This document shows, piece after piece, positions 49,260-57,948 of a DNA stretch of 64,000 bases; positions within the stretch are counted from its first letter, which is position 1, and each line of letters begins with the position of its first letter. The stretch is from an uncultured Candidatus Rokubacteria bacterium. Lineage in GTDB: Bacteria; Methylomirabilota; Methylomirabilia; Rokubacteriales; DASRDR01. Location: the NCBI GenBank assembly GCA_963805625.1, contig CAWDVE010000016.1, positions 480,001-544,000 on the forward strand. Direction: 5' to 3'. The notes below the pieces were generated by a model. The model had not been told where the DNA came from. It was given only the letters and a program-made list of their open reading frames with translations, and did no database searches. A program made the translations under genes and the position numbers.

Positions 49260-50756
49260 TGCTGTTGGTCCATAAGAATGTCATAGGCTAACTGTTCAGT
49301 GAGAGTGTCACCCCATGCCGACATGGGAGCCTCTCACGATGAGTCGCAAGGAAGTCCCGCGGCCCGGCCTGCTCAAGGCGGCCCTGGCCGGGAAGTTCAC
49401 CAATGCCGAGGGAGCCGGGGCCTTGCACCTGAGCGTCCGGCAGTTCATCCGGGTCAAGCATCGCTTCCAGGCCGCCGGGGCGTCGGGCCTGTGCCACCGC
49501 CTGCGGGGGCGACCCTCCCCCCGCCGGCTGCCGGCCGACGTCCGGGCGCGGGTGGCGGCGCTCCTGCAGACCACCTACCTCGATGTCAATGACTGCCACG
49601 CCACGGAGAAGCTGCGCGAGGTCGAGGGCCTCCGCGTCAGCCGGGCCTCCGTGCGGCGGATCCGCCGCGCCCTGGACCTGCCGGCCAAGCATCGCCGCCG
49701 GCCCCGCCAGCACCGGGCTCGCCGGACCCCGGAAGCCCGCATGGGCGTCCTCGTCCAGCTCGACGGCAGCCCCCACGCGTGGCTCGAAGACCGGGGCCCC
49801 GCCCTGACCCTCCACGGCGCGATCGACGACGCCACCGGCACGGTCCTGGCCCTGCACGTTCGGCCGACCGAGGACCTGCACGGCTACGCCACCGTGCTCC
49901 AGCAAATCGGTCTGGCCTACGGCCTCCCGCTGACCCTGTACGGCGATCGTTTCGGCGTTTTCGTCCGCAACGACCCGCACTGGACGCTCGCGGAAGAACT
50001 CCAAGGCCACCAGCACCCCACCCATTTCGGCCAGATCCTCCGAGACCTCGCCATCGGCTTCCTGGCGGCGGGCTCCCCCCAGGCCAAGGGGCGCATCGAA
50101 CGGCTCTGGCGCACCCTGCAAGATCGCCTCGTCGTCGAGCTCCGCCTGCGCGGGATCGCGACCCGCGCGGCGGCCAACGCCTTCCTCCCTGAGTTCCTCG
50201 CCGATTACAATGGCCGCTTCGCTCATCCCCCCACCGACGCCCACGCCGCCTGGCGGCCGCGGCCGCGGGACTTCGCCGACCAACTCAGCTGCCGCTACAC
50301 CCGCGTCGTCGCCCCCGACAACACCGTCCGCCTGGGGACCCGCTGGGCCCAGATCCCCCCCGGTCCTTCCGGCCGCTCCTCCGCGGGCCGCCGTGTCGAC
50401 CTCCGCGAGTGTGTCGACGGCCGGCTCCTTGTCGTCCGCGCCGGCGGGCGACTCGTCAGTCAGCCCTCGCCGGGGCCTGATTTCGTCCTCACGCCCCGCA
50501 GCAAGCCCCACGCGGAGCGCACGCGTCGCCTACGCGCCTCCAGGACTGCGTCGGAGGAGGGGGGCCGCCATCAGAGTATTCCCCAGAAACCGCCTGCGCG
50601 CCCCTCGGCGCGCCGCCTCACCCCGACCACCCAGACGGCTCGCCCCGCCGCCACGCATCCCTGGCGCCGCTCACTCAACCTCCGTCGCCACACCCCTCAC
50701 ACAGGGGTGACATTCTCACGGAACAGTTAGGGTGACATTTTCACTGGACAGCTACA
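49260..50756 (+). mobile_element. Complete IS1202-family (ISNCY) insertion sequence with 17-bp target-site duplication
   Basis: TG...CA ends with ~55-bp imperfect terminal IRs (CTAACTGTTC.GTGAGA.TGTCACCCC); TCCGCGGGGTTCTCCGA at 49243-49259 and 50757-50773. Confidence 0.9.
49315..50730 (+). CDS. DDE transposase, IS1202/ISNCY family
   Basis: HTH (LHLSVRQFIR), VQLDGSPHAW, AIDDATG, LYGDR, SPQAKGRIERLWRTLQDRL. Confidence 0.93.
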   Translation: MPTWEPLTMSRKEVPRPGLLKAALAGKFTNAEGAGALHLSVRQFIRVKHRFQAAGASGLCHRLRGRPSPRRLPADVRARVAALLQTTYLDVNDCHATEKLREVEGLRVSRASVRRIRRALDLPAKHRRRPRQHRARRTPEARMGVLVQLDGSPHAWLEDRGPALTLHGAIDDATGTVLALHVRPTEDLHGYATVLQQIGLAYGLPLTLYGDRFGVFVRNDPHWTLAEELQGHQHPTHFGQILRDLAIGFLAAGSPQAKGRIERLWRTLQDRLVVELRLRGIATRAAANAFLPEFLADYNGRFAHPPTDAHAAWRPRPRDFADQLSCRYTRVVAPDNTVRLGTRWAQIPPGPSGRSSAGRRVDLRECVDGRLLVVRAGGRLVSQPSPGPDFVLTPRSKPHAERTRRLRASRTASEEGGRHQSIPQKPPARPSARRLTPTTQTARPAATHPWRRSLNLRRHTPHTGVTFSRNS

Positions 50757-51110
50757 TCCGCGGGGTTCTCCGACACCGGCTCAATCCGCGCGGAGTCGGC
50801 TGCCAGGTCGTTGGAGGATCTTAGAGCGACAACGGAGGAACCGGGTGGGGGCGACATCTCGGCTGGCGATGTTGCCCTCGTCGGTGGCCAGGCAGCAGGC
50901 TCAGACCTTCCTGAGCCTATGACGACGCGTCAGGTAGGCCGTTACCCCCGGCGGGCGATGACCTCGCAGGACTCAACTCAGGTGAAAGCGCCGCACAAAA
51001 TTCACCCAGCACCGGCCGTAACCTCCCAGCCGGTCGGGTAGTCCTTCAGTGTTTCCGGGCAAGCATCTTCGCCCGGTCTATCGAGACGCCTGGTGGGGTC
51101 GGCGAATCCG

Positions 51111-51263
51111 TTAGCGTCGCCGACGGGCCCACCATGCGACGCCGGCCACGCCGATGCTCAGCAGCGCCATCGTCCCGGGCTCGGGCACCTGCTCAAACCC
51201 ACCAGCCTGGGCGACCGCGGCCCAACTCAGGATCAAAGCGACCACCATCATCGTCCTGCGCAT
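51111..51263 (-). CDS. 50-aa PEP-CTERM micro-protein (signal peptide + GGFEQ + sorting signal)
   Basis: Manual translation MRRTMMVVALILSWAAVAQAGGFEQVPEPGTMALLSIGVAGVAWWARRRR*; GAGGGGGAG RBS; below the ORF-track length cutoff. Confidence 0.85.
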   Translation of the reverse strand: MRRTMMVVALILSWAAVAQAGGFEQVPEPGTMALLSIGVAGVAWWARRRR

Positions 51264-51316
51264 AGACTCCCCCTCATGTGGATTGCGAGGAAACCCTTGT
51301 CGCAGTCTTAGAGCGA

Positions 51317-51332
51317 TGCACGAAGTGGGCCA
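51317..51332 (-). promoter_or_regulatory. Sigma-54 (-24/-12) promoter of the PEP-CTERM gene
   Basis: Minus strand TGGCCCACTTCGTGCA has exact GG-N10-GC spacing, ~55 nt upstream of the ATG. Confidence 0.65.
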
Positions 51333-51397
51333 AAAGGCGCAAGTTACGGCCAGATATGCTCTTTCATGAAGTCCATCGCGCTGACGGTGCTAACTCT

Positions 51398-51414
51398 TGT
51401 AAACATTGATGACA
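51398..51414. promoter_or_regulatory. TGT-N11-ACA enhancer-binding-protein site (PEP-CTERM box-like)
   Basis: TGTAAACATTGATGACA ~65 bp upstream of the sigma-54 site; a second TGT-N11-ACA (TGTCGGCTTTGTTGACA) lies at 51533-51549. Confidence 0.55.
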
Positions 51415-51751
51415 GTGGCACTTAGAGATTGGGGCACATCCAAACGATTGTAAACAAGCACCAGCTGACTCTATTTCTGATCGGCACAGCGCCGCGGGAA
51501 TTACAGCAAGCGCATCATATCGACGATAGGGTTGTCGGCTTTGTTGACACAGCGGGGCTGTCAGACGCGGGATACATTGCAAAGGGATCCAGGCTCCGTT
51601 ATGAGAGAAATGGCACGATTCCAACCCCAAACGATCGTGAAGGAGGACCCCCCTGGTTCACTTGACCCATTTCACCAGGCGATCGAGGCCCGTATACTAG
51701 TTGGCGCCCAGATAGGAGCCGTCCAAGCTGTCCGGTATAGCGAGTCCGTCC

Positions 51752-52339
51752 ATGACGAGGCGCACCCTTATCCAGGGGCTGGCCATCCTGCTCCTGGGGC
51801 TCGCGGCGTCTATCTGGCTGATTTCGCCGAAACGGCTGCTTCGGGTCCTCTCCCGGCTCACGGCCAACCTTCTGGGCCCTCGACTGGATGCTTCCTCTCC
51901 CACCGGAGTCCTGGGGCCGGCCGAGCTGGATAGCGTCGTCGCTTTCGCTGAAGTGCTGGCGGAAGGGGTCCCCCTGCCCTCCGAGGGGTTGCAGATCCTG
52001 GTAGAGCACGTCAACGGGCGCACTCGAACCACCCCTGGGTGCCTCTCGCTCTATCGGGCGACCGCCACGGCGCTCGATCGCCTGGCCAACCGCCCATTTT
52101 CCGCTCTCGATCTCCCTGAGCGCACCGCCGTGATCATGGAGCACGGCCTTGCGCACCCGGTACGCATCTGGGAGCACCTAGTCCCCGTCCGGCGTCACGC
52201 CCTAGCGGTGCGCTTCCTGGCGGTTCCCGATCTGATCGACGGCTACTATCGCTCGGCGGCAGGGTGGGCCATCGTTGGATATGCCGCCTTCCCCGGACGC
52301 TGCGGCGACCTGGTTCGTTACACTCGCCCGGAGCCCTGA
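51752..52339 (+). CDS. Tat-signal accessory subunit (gluconate 2-dehydrogenase subunit 3-like)
   Basis: MTRRTLIQ signal; PFSALDLPER, GYYRSAAGWAIVGY..FPG; directly upstream of a GMC flavoprotein. Confidence 0.65.
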   Translation: MTRRTLIQGLAILLLGLAASIWLISPKRLLRVLSRLTANLLGPRLDASSPTGVLGPAELDSVVAFAEVLAEGVPLPSEGLQILVEHVNGRTRTTPGCLSLYRATATALDRLANRPFSALDLPERTAVIMEHGLAHPVRIWEHLVPVRRHALAVRFLAVPDLIDGYYRSAAGWAIVGYAAFPGRCGDLVRYTRPEP

Positions 52340-52345
52340 CCGCTC

Positions 52346-53941
52346 ATGGCCGTAGCGGACCCTCCGGAGCGGACGGAAGTCTGCATCATCGGCGCCGGAG
52401 CCGCGGGCGGGATTATCGCCGCAGAGTTGGTGCGGCGGGGCCTCCGGGTGGCCATGCTGGAATCAGGACCACGCCATGAGCTCGCCAAGCGGGCCGAGTA
52501 TGCAAGACGGTTCCTTCGAGGCGAGAACCCTTGGCGAACGGCTCTCACAGGGCTGGACCGCTACACGACAGGGGGGAGCGTCGCATATCGCCTCGAGTGG
52601 AACCGGGCGCGCGGGGTTGGCGGAAGCACGCTCCACTGGGAGGGTTACGCCCTGCGATTTCACGCGAATGATTTTCGCTTGCGCTCGCTTTACGGTATCG
52701 CCGACGATTGGCCGATCTCCTACCAAGATCTGGAGCCGTTCTATGCCCGAGCCGAGGTGAGTCTCGGGGTTGCCGGAGCCCCGGATGATCCGTGGGCCTC
52801 ACCGCGAAGCGCGGGCTTTCCGCTGCCGCCATTCTCATTCAGCTACTCCGATGGCGTGTTTGCCCAAGCCTGCAGCAGCCTCGGCATCGCCCTGCATCAC
52901 TATCCTCAGGCCAGAAACTCCGTCCCGTATGGCGGCCGCGCGCAATGTCGCGCCTGTGGCACCTGCCACGTCTGCCCCACGGGGGCCAAGGCGACCATCG
53001 ATCTCACCCACATCAGAGAGGCGGAGGCGACGGGCCGTCTCCAGCTCGTGACAGATGCGACGGCTCTGAGACTCCATGTCGATGAATCCGGCCAGGTGAC
53101 CTCCGTCGCATACGCGGGTCACGACCGGCGCGAGCGCAGGTCGGTCGCACGCATCTTCGTCGTCGCCGCCGGTGCGATCGAGACGGTCCGCCTCCTCCTC
53201 CTGTCCGCGTCAGAGCGCTTCCCGCGGGGTCTGGCGAATCGCAGCGGAGTCCTGGGAAAGTACTTCATGTCACACCCTGCGATCACGGTGACCGGGCGCC
53301 TGAAGGCAAAGGTCCATCCTTATCGCACGGGCTTCTCGAGCGCCATGTCGCGGCAGTTCGCCATTGACCGCATGCGGGCGAGAAGAGGCGCCTTCATGCT
53401 CGAGCTTCTCAACTCCGCCGGCCCTACACCGAACCAGATTGCTACTTCCAGTGGCCTCTGGGGGGAGGCGTTGCGGGGTCATGTTCGCGAAGAATTCGGG
53501 CACGTGCTCGGAATCCGGATCTCCTGCGAACAGCTCCCCGACGCGGCGAACTCGATCTCCCTGGACCCGGAGCTCAAGGACCACTTCGGGAATCCGGCGC
53601 CCCGCATCACATATGATGTCGGGTCGTACGAGCGTGAGACGCTCCACGAAGCGACGGGGGTGGCCCAGCGGATTCTCGGAGCCACCGGTGCGGTTGACGT
53701 CGAGTCCCACCCATTGTGGTTTCTCGCCCACCAGATCGGAACCCACCGCATGGGAACCGATCCGCGATCGAGCGTCGTCGATTCCGACCTCCGCGCTCAC
53801 GATGTGTCAAACCTCTATCTGGTGGGGAGCGGGTGCTTCGTCACCGCAAGCTCCTCGCCACCAACCCTGACCATTGCCGCGCTGGCGATCCGAGTCGCCG
53901 AGCACATCGCCGCCCGACTCCGTCGCGATGCGACCGCGTAG
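52346..53941 (+). CDS. GMC family oxidoreductase with Cys cluster
   Basis: IIGAGAAG, GVGGSTLHW, WPISYQDLEPFY, CRACGTCHVCPTGAK, HQIGTHRMG, PTLTIAALA. Confidence 0.93.
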   Translation: MAVADPPERTEVCIIGAGAAGGIIAAELVRRGLRVAMLESGPRHELAKRAEYARRFLRGENPWRTALTGLDRYTTGGSVAYRLEWNRARGVGGSTLHWEGYALRFHANDFRLRSLYGIADDWPISYQDLEPFYARAEVSLGVAGAPDDPWASPRSAGFPLPPFSFSYSDGVFAQACSSLGIALHHYPQARNSVPYGGRAQCRACGTCHVCPTGAKATIDLTHIREAEATGRLQLVTDATALRLHVDESGQVTSVAYAGHDRRERRSVARIFVVAAGAIETVRLLLLSASERFPRGLANRSGVLGKYFMSHPAITVTGRLKAKVHPYRTGFSSAMSRQFAIDRMRARRGAFMLELLNSAGPTPNQIATSSGLWGEALRGHVREEFGHVLGIRISCEQLPDAANSISLDPELKDHFGNPAPRITYDVGSYERETLHEATGVAQRILGATGAVDVESHPLWFLAHQIGTHRMGTDPRSSVVDSDLRAHDVSNLYLVGSGCFVTASSSPPTLTIAALAIRVAEHIAARLRRDATA

Positions 53942-53944
53942 CCC

Positions 53945-54496
53945 GCAAATTCGCCCCCGGACGGCCACGCCGGCCCCCGCTTCGATGCTCGCGAGCGCCT
54001 CCATCGTCTCACCGGCGTCGATCTCACCCGGATCGATGGGATTGATGCCCCCATGGCCTCAGTGCGGTCGCCGAGATCGGGCTCGACATGACCGGTGGCC
54101 CACTGAGAAGCATTTCGCCTCCTGGCTCAGCCTCGCGCCCGGCAGCAAGGTCTCCGGGGGCAAGAAGCTCAGCAGCCGGACCAAACCCTCAGTCAGCCGG
54201 GTGGCGGCCGCGCTCCGTCTCACCGCCAGCTCTATCACAGCCAGTCCACCCTCGGCGCCTTCCACCGCCCACTGAAAGGCCGCTTCGGTGCTCCAGGCCA
54301 TCACCGCGACCGCCCACAAGCTCGGTCGGGCTCCGGTTCAGCACCGAATACGTCGACCGCGGTCAGGACTACTGCGAGCGACGGTACCAGCCCCGCGTCC
54401 TCTTCAATCTCACGCGCGTCCAAGAACTCGGCTACCGTCTCATCAAGAGCGACAACCTACCCACGACCACTTCACCGGCCTGAACAGGTGACTTGG
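53945..54496 (+). pseudogene. Degenerate C-terminal half of an IS110-family transposase
   Basis: LHRLTGVDLTRIDGID, WPTEKHFASWLSLAPGSKVSGGK, AITATAHKL, YVDRGQDY; several frameshifts; N-terminal RuvC part absent. Confidence 0.85.
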
Positions 54497-54597
54497 TCCC
54501 CGGCGACGCTGCCGAAGAGGTAGGCGGCCACGACACCGCGGTGCTCCCGCGCGAAGAACGCCCGGAGCGTCGGCTCGAAACCGCTTCAGTTCTTCAT
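54497..54597 (-). pseudogene. Truncated minimal nucleotidyltransferase (MNT/MntA-like) N-terminus
   Basis: MKN*SGFEPTLRAFFAREHRGVVAAYLFGSVAG; AYLFGS is the MNT signature; ends at the IS110 remnant before the DxD motif. Confidence 0.6.
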
Positions 54598-54742
54598 GAG
54601 CGGATTACAGAGCCGTTGACCCGACGCCGATTCTGACCGATTCAGGGAGCGTTGCGCCCTGGGTCGTGCCTCCGGTCGAGGGGTCAGGCCAGAGGGCGAG
54701 CATGCCGACCCAGGCGACTTGCCCCTCGGGCGGGATGCCGAG

Positions 54743-56098
54743 TCAGAACGACCGGATCAGGCGCTCCACCCGCTCGTCGTGAGCCTGGAACGGGTCCTTG
54801 CAGAGGATGGTCTCGCGCTCGGGGTCGTTCAGCTTGAGGTAGACCCAGTCCACCCGGTAGTCCTTGCCCTTGAGGTTCGCCCGGCGGATGAACTCGCCCC
54901 GGAGCCGGGCGCGCGTCGTCTGGGGCGGCGTGTGCTTGGCCCCCTCCACCTGCTCGTCGCGCACCAGCCGATCGACGCGGTCGTTCCGCGCCAGCAGGTA
55001 GTAGACGCCCTTGAAGGGCCGGATGTCGTGGTACTGGAGGTCGATGAGGGACACGCGGGGGTCCCGCCACGACAGGCGGTGCCGGGTCATGTAGTCCTCG
55101 ATCACCTGGCGCTTGATGACCCAGTCGACCTCACGGTCGCACTGGTTGGGGTCCGTTTCGAGCCGGGTCAGCATGTCGGCCCAGCGATCCAGGACATCGC
55201 GCGTCACCGGGTCGGCGTCGACGTGCTGCGCGTAGGCGAGGCACGCCTCCAGGTACTCCTTCTGGATCTCGAGGGCGGTCATGGCGCGCCCGTCCTTGAG
55301 CTTCACCGTCTCCCGGAGCCCTGGGTCGTGGGAGATGTCCCGGATGGCCTGGACCGGCGACTGGAGGCTGTAGTCCCGGTCGAAATAGCCGTCCTCGATC
55401 ATGTCGAGGACCACGGCGGTGGTGCCGACCTTGAGGTAGGTCGCGACCTCCGACATGTTCGAGTCGCCGACGATCACGTGGAGCCGCCGGTACTTCTCCG
55501 CGTCCGCGTGGGGCTCGTCGCGCGTATTGATGATGGAGCGGGACGAGGTGGTGGCGCCGGAGATCTCCTGGCAGATGTGCTGGGCGCGCTGCGACAGGCA
55601 ATAGTGGAAGCCCCGCGGCGTCTGGAGGACCTTGCCGGCGCCCGCGAAGATCTGGCGGGTCACGAAGAACGGGATCAGCGCCTCGGCGAGCCGCTGGAAC
55701 GAGACGTCGCGTGACACCAGGTAGTTCTCGTGGCAGCCGTACGAATTGCCCGCCGAGTCGGTGTTGTTCTTGAAGAGGAGGATGTTCCCCGAGATCCCGT
55801 CCTCGCGGAGCCGCTTCTCGGCCTGGTGCAGGAGGTCCTCGACGATGCGCTCGCCGGCCTTGTCGTAGACGACCAGGTCCATCACGTCGTCGCACTCCGG
55901 AGTGGCGTACTCCGGATGGAAGCCGGTGTCGAGATAGAGTCGCGCCCCGTTCTCCAGGAAGACGTTGGCGTTGCGCGCTCCCGGAATGACCTTCTCGAAG
56001 AGATAACGAGCGACGTTGTCCGGGGAGAGCCGGCGCTGACCGTTCAGCGTGCACGTCAGCCCGTACTCGTTCTCGAGCCCGAAGATGCGTCGCTTCAT
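54743..56098 (-). CDS. pafA: Pup-protein ligase PafA
   Basis: [66 protein letters not shown]. Confidence 0.95.
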   Translation of the reverse strand: MKRRIFGLENEYGLTCTLNGQRRLSPDNVARYLFEKVIPGARNANVFLENGARLYLDTGFHPEYATPECDDVMDLVVYDKAGERIVEDLLHQAEKRLREDGISGNILLFKNNTDSAGNSYGCHENYLVSRDVSFQRLAEALIPFFVTRQIFAGAGKVLQTPRGFHYCLSQRAQHICQEISGATTSSRSIINTRDEPHADAEKYRRLHVIVGDSNMSEVATYLKVGTTAVVLDMIEDGYFDRDYSLQSPVQAIRDISHDPGLRETVKLKDGRAMTALEIQKEYLEACLAYAQHVDADPVTRDVLDRWADMLTRLETDPNQCDREVDWVIKRQVIEDYMTRHRLSWRDPRVSLIDLQYHDIRPFKGVYYLLARNDRVDRLVRDEQVEGAKHTPPQTTRARLRGEFIRRANLKGKDYRVDWVYLKLNDPERETILCKDPFQAHDERVERLIRSF

Positions 56099-56820
56099 GA
56101 GGTCCCCGTGGGCCGGCCGCCCTCTGGCGGGTCGGGACGCCCGAGGATCGTGCGGAGCTCGCCGTTGGCGACGCGCCGGAACTTCCGGCGCTCGCGCTTC
56201 TGGTCGAGCACCGCGACCTCGAGGTCGCGGTCCGTCAGCGTCTTGTTCTGCGTGACCGTCAGTGCACGGATCCCCAGCCGCACCGCCTCGGCGAGGGGGG
56301 TGCCCTCTCGGTAGTGCTCCTTGAGGAAGCGGCGGATCTCCTCCGCCTGGCCACCCATGGCCGCGTAGTTGCGCTCGTCCTCGATCGACCCGTCGTAGAG
56401 GACATGATACATCTCGTTCTTCCCGTTGGAGCCGTCGGCCACCTCGACGACCAGCACCTCGACCTCGAACGGCTTGAGCCCCTCGGTGAAGATGGTCCCG
56501 AGCGCCTGGGAATAGGCGTTGGCGAGCGCCTTCGCGGTCACGTCCTCACGGTGGTACGAGTAGCCGCGGAGGTCGGCGTGCCGCACCCCTGCGATCCTGA
56601 GATTCTCGAACTCGTTGTACTTGCCGACCCCGGCGAAGGCGATCCGGTCGTAGATCTCGGAGATCTTGTGGAGCAGGGTGGAGGGGTTCTCGGCGACCAG
56701 GAGCACGCCATCCTGGTACTCGAGAGCGACGATGGACCGGCCGCGGGCGATGCCCTTGCGGGCATACTCGGCCTTGTCCTTCATCATCTGCTCGGGCGAG
56801 ACGTAGTAGGGAAGGGGCAT
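56095..56820 (-). CDS. prcA: 20S proteasome alpha subunit
   Basis: [49 protein letters not shown]. Confidence 0.96.
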   Translation of the reverse strand: MPLPYYVSPEQMMKDKAEYARKGIARGRSIVALEYQDGVLLVAENPSTLLHKISEIYDRIAFAGVGKYNEFENLRIAGVRHADLRGYSYHREDVTAKALANAYSQALGTIFTEGLKPFEVEVLVVEVADGSNGKNEMYHVLYDGSIEDERNYAAMGGQAEEIRRFLKEHYREGTPLAEAVRLGIRALTVTQNKTLTDRDLEVAVLDQKRERRKFRRVANGELRTILGRPDPPEGGRPTGTS

Positions 56821-56823
56821 GGA

Positions 56824-57654
56824 TCAGCGTCCCTGGCGCCGCGCCGCCACCACGGCCTCGCACTGGGCTCGCACCTCGGCCTCGGCGACCTCCTCGAACC
56901 CGGCGCGGGTGATCACCTTCACGGTCGGGAAGATCCCGTAGGTGAAATCGGGGCCGCCGGTCCCCACGTCTTCCTCCGCCGCGTCGACGAGCGCCTCGGC
57001 TGCCCAGCGGATTCCGTCGACTCGCGACGCGCCCGTCCGGTACAGCTTCTTGAGCGTGGTGCGCGCGTCCTTGCCGCCCGACCCGGTCGCCGCGTAGTCG
57101 GTCTCCTCGTACCGGCCCCCCGTGACGTCGTAATTGAAGATCCGCCCCTCGGCGCGGCGCAGGTCGTAGCCGGCGAAGATGGGCACGACCACGAGGCCCT
57201 GCAACGCCATCGGGAGGTTCATCCGGATCATCTGGCCGAGCTTGTTCGCCTTGCCTTCGAGCGACAGGCCGTCGCCCTCCACCTTCTCGTAGTGCTCGAG
57301 CTCCGTCTGGAACAGGCGGGCCATCTCGATCGCCGGTCCGGCCGCGCCGGCGATCGCGACCGCGGAGTACTCATCGGTCTTGTAGACCTTCTCGATCCGC
57401 CGGTGGGCGACCTGGTAGCCCTCGGTGGCCTGCCGGTCGCCGGCGACGATGACCCCGTCGGCGTACCGCAGCGCGAGGATCGTCGTCCCGGTCGGCACGC
57501 CCGGAACGCCGTGGGGCTCGGCATGGGGGGCCGGCCCGCTCACACCGGGGCGTGAGCCGAGCAGGTCCGGCGCCTCCTGGCGCAGGAGATCCACGAAGCT
57601 CCGGTTCACGTAGCGCCCGAAGAGACCTTGCCAGGACTCGTGCATGGGGGCCAT
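56824..57654 (-). CDS. prcB: 20S proteasome beta subunit with propeptide
   Basis: G/TTILAL autoprocessing site, AGDRQATEG, ELEHYEKVEG, ATGSGG. Confidence 0.95.
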   Translation of the reverse strand: MAPMHESWQGLFGRYVNRSFVDLLRQEAPDLLGSRPGVSGPAPHAEPHGVPGVPTGTTILALRYADGVIVAGDRQATEGYQVAHRRIEKVYKTDEYSAVAIAGAAGPAIEMARLFQTELEHYEKVEGDGLSLEGKANKLGQMIRMNLPMALQGLVVVPIFAGYDLRRAEGRIFNYDVTGGRYEETDYAATGSGGKDARTTLKKLYRTGASRVDGIRWAAEALVDAAEEDVGTGGPDFTYGIFPTVKVITRAGFEEVAEAEVRAQCEAVVAARRQGR

Positions 57655-57727
57655 CCGTAGGGGGGATTATACAGCCGAGCTTCGCCGGGAGCCGCGCCTT
57701 CCGGCGCCCCGGGTGTCCGGCTCTAGC

Positions 57728-57848
57728 GCCGTGGCCGATCCGCATCGCATCCCGTCGTCCTCGGTCGTCGGCGGCCCTCAACGTACAGGAGTACGCCTCG
57801 GGCCGCCTTCTCCCTGCGTCCTAGGGCTGCTCGCGTCTCGGCCACGGC
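57728..57848. repeat. 121-bp nested palindromic element (MITE/REP-like or structured RNA)
   Basis: GCCGTGGCCGA/TCGGCCACGGC outer stem, GGCGGCCC/GGGCCGCC inner stem (57770-57807), CGTAC-AGGA-GTACG apex. Confidence 0.75.
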
Positions 57849-57948
57849 ACAAGTGGCCCGACAAGGCATCTAGAGTCCTTGAAGGACAGAACTTGGTGTG
57901 AATGAGTCAAGTTTTCGTGGGGCAACGATCTTGGGGGCGCCCACGGCT

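Noticed and set aside
49027-49284. N-terminal extension of the 1008-aa ORF
   Set aside because: Runs through the promoter, repeats and IS end; RBS and signal peptide indicate a start at 49026.
50847-50880. GGGGGCGAC as a tmRNA or tRNA 5' end
   Set aside because: No TTCGA D-loop-like or T-arm motif and no matching CCA acceptor end.
54586-54597. In-frame TGA at codon 4 of the MNT remnant as selenocysteine
   Set aside because: Not a redox position, no SECIS-like hairpin, and the gene is truncated.
57724-57870. 48-aa minus-strand ORF (MPCRATCAVAE...DRPRR) in the dop-prcB gap as a pup candidate
   Set aside because: Basic rather than acidic, no C-terminal GGE/GGQ, no RBS; it merely spans the palindromic element.
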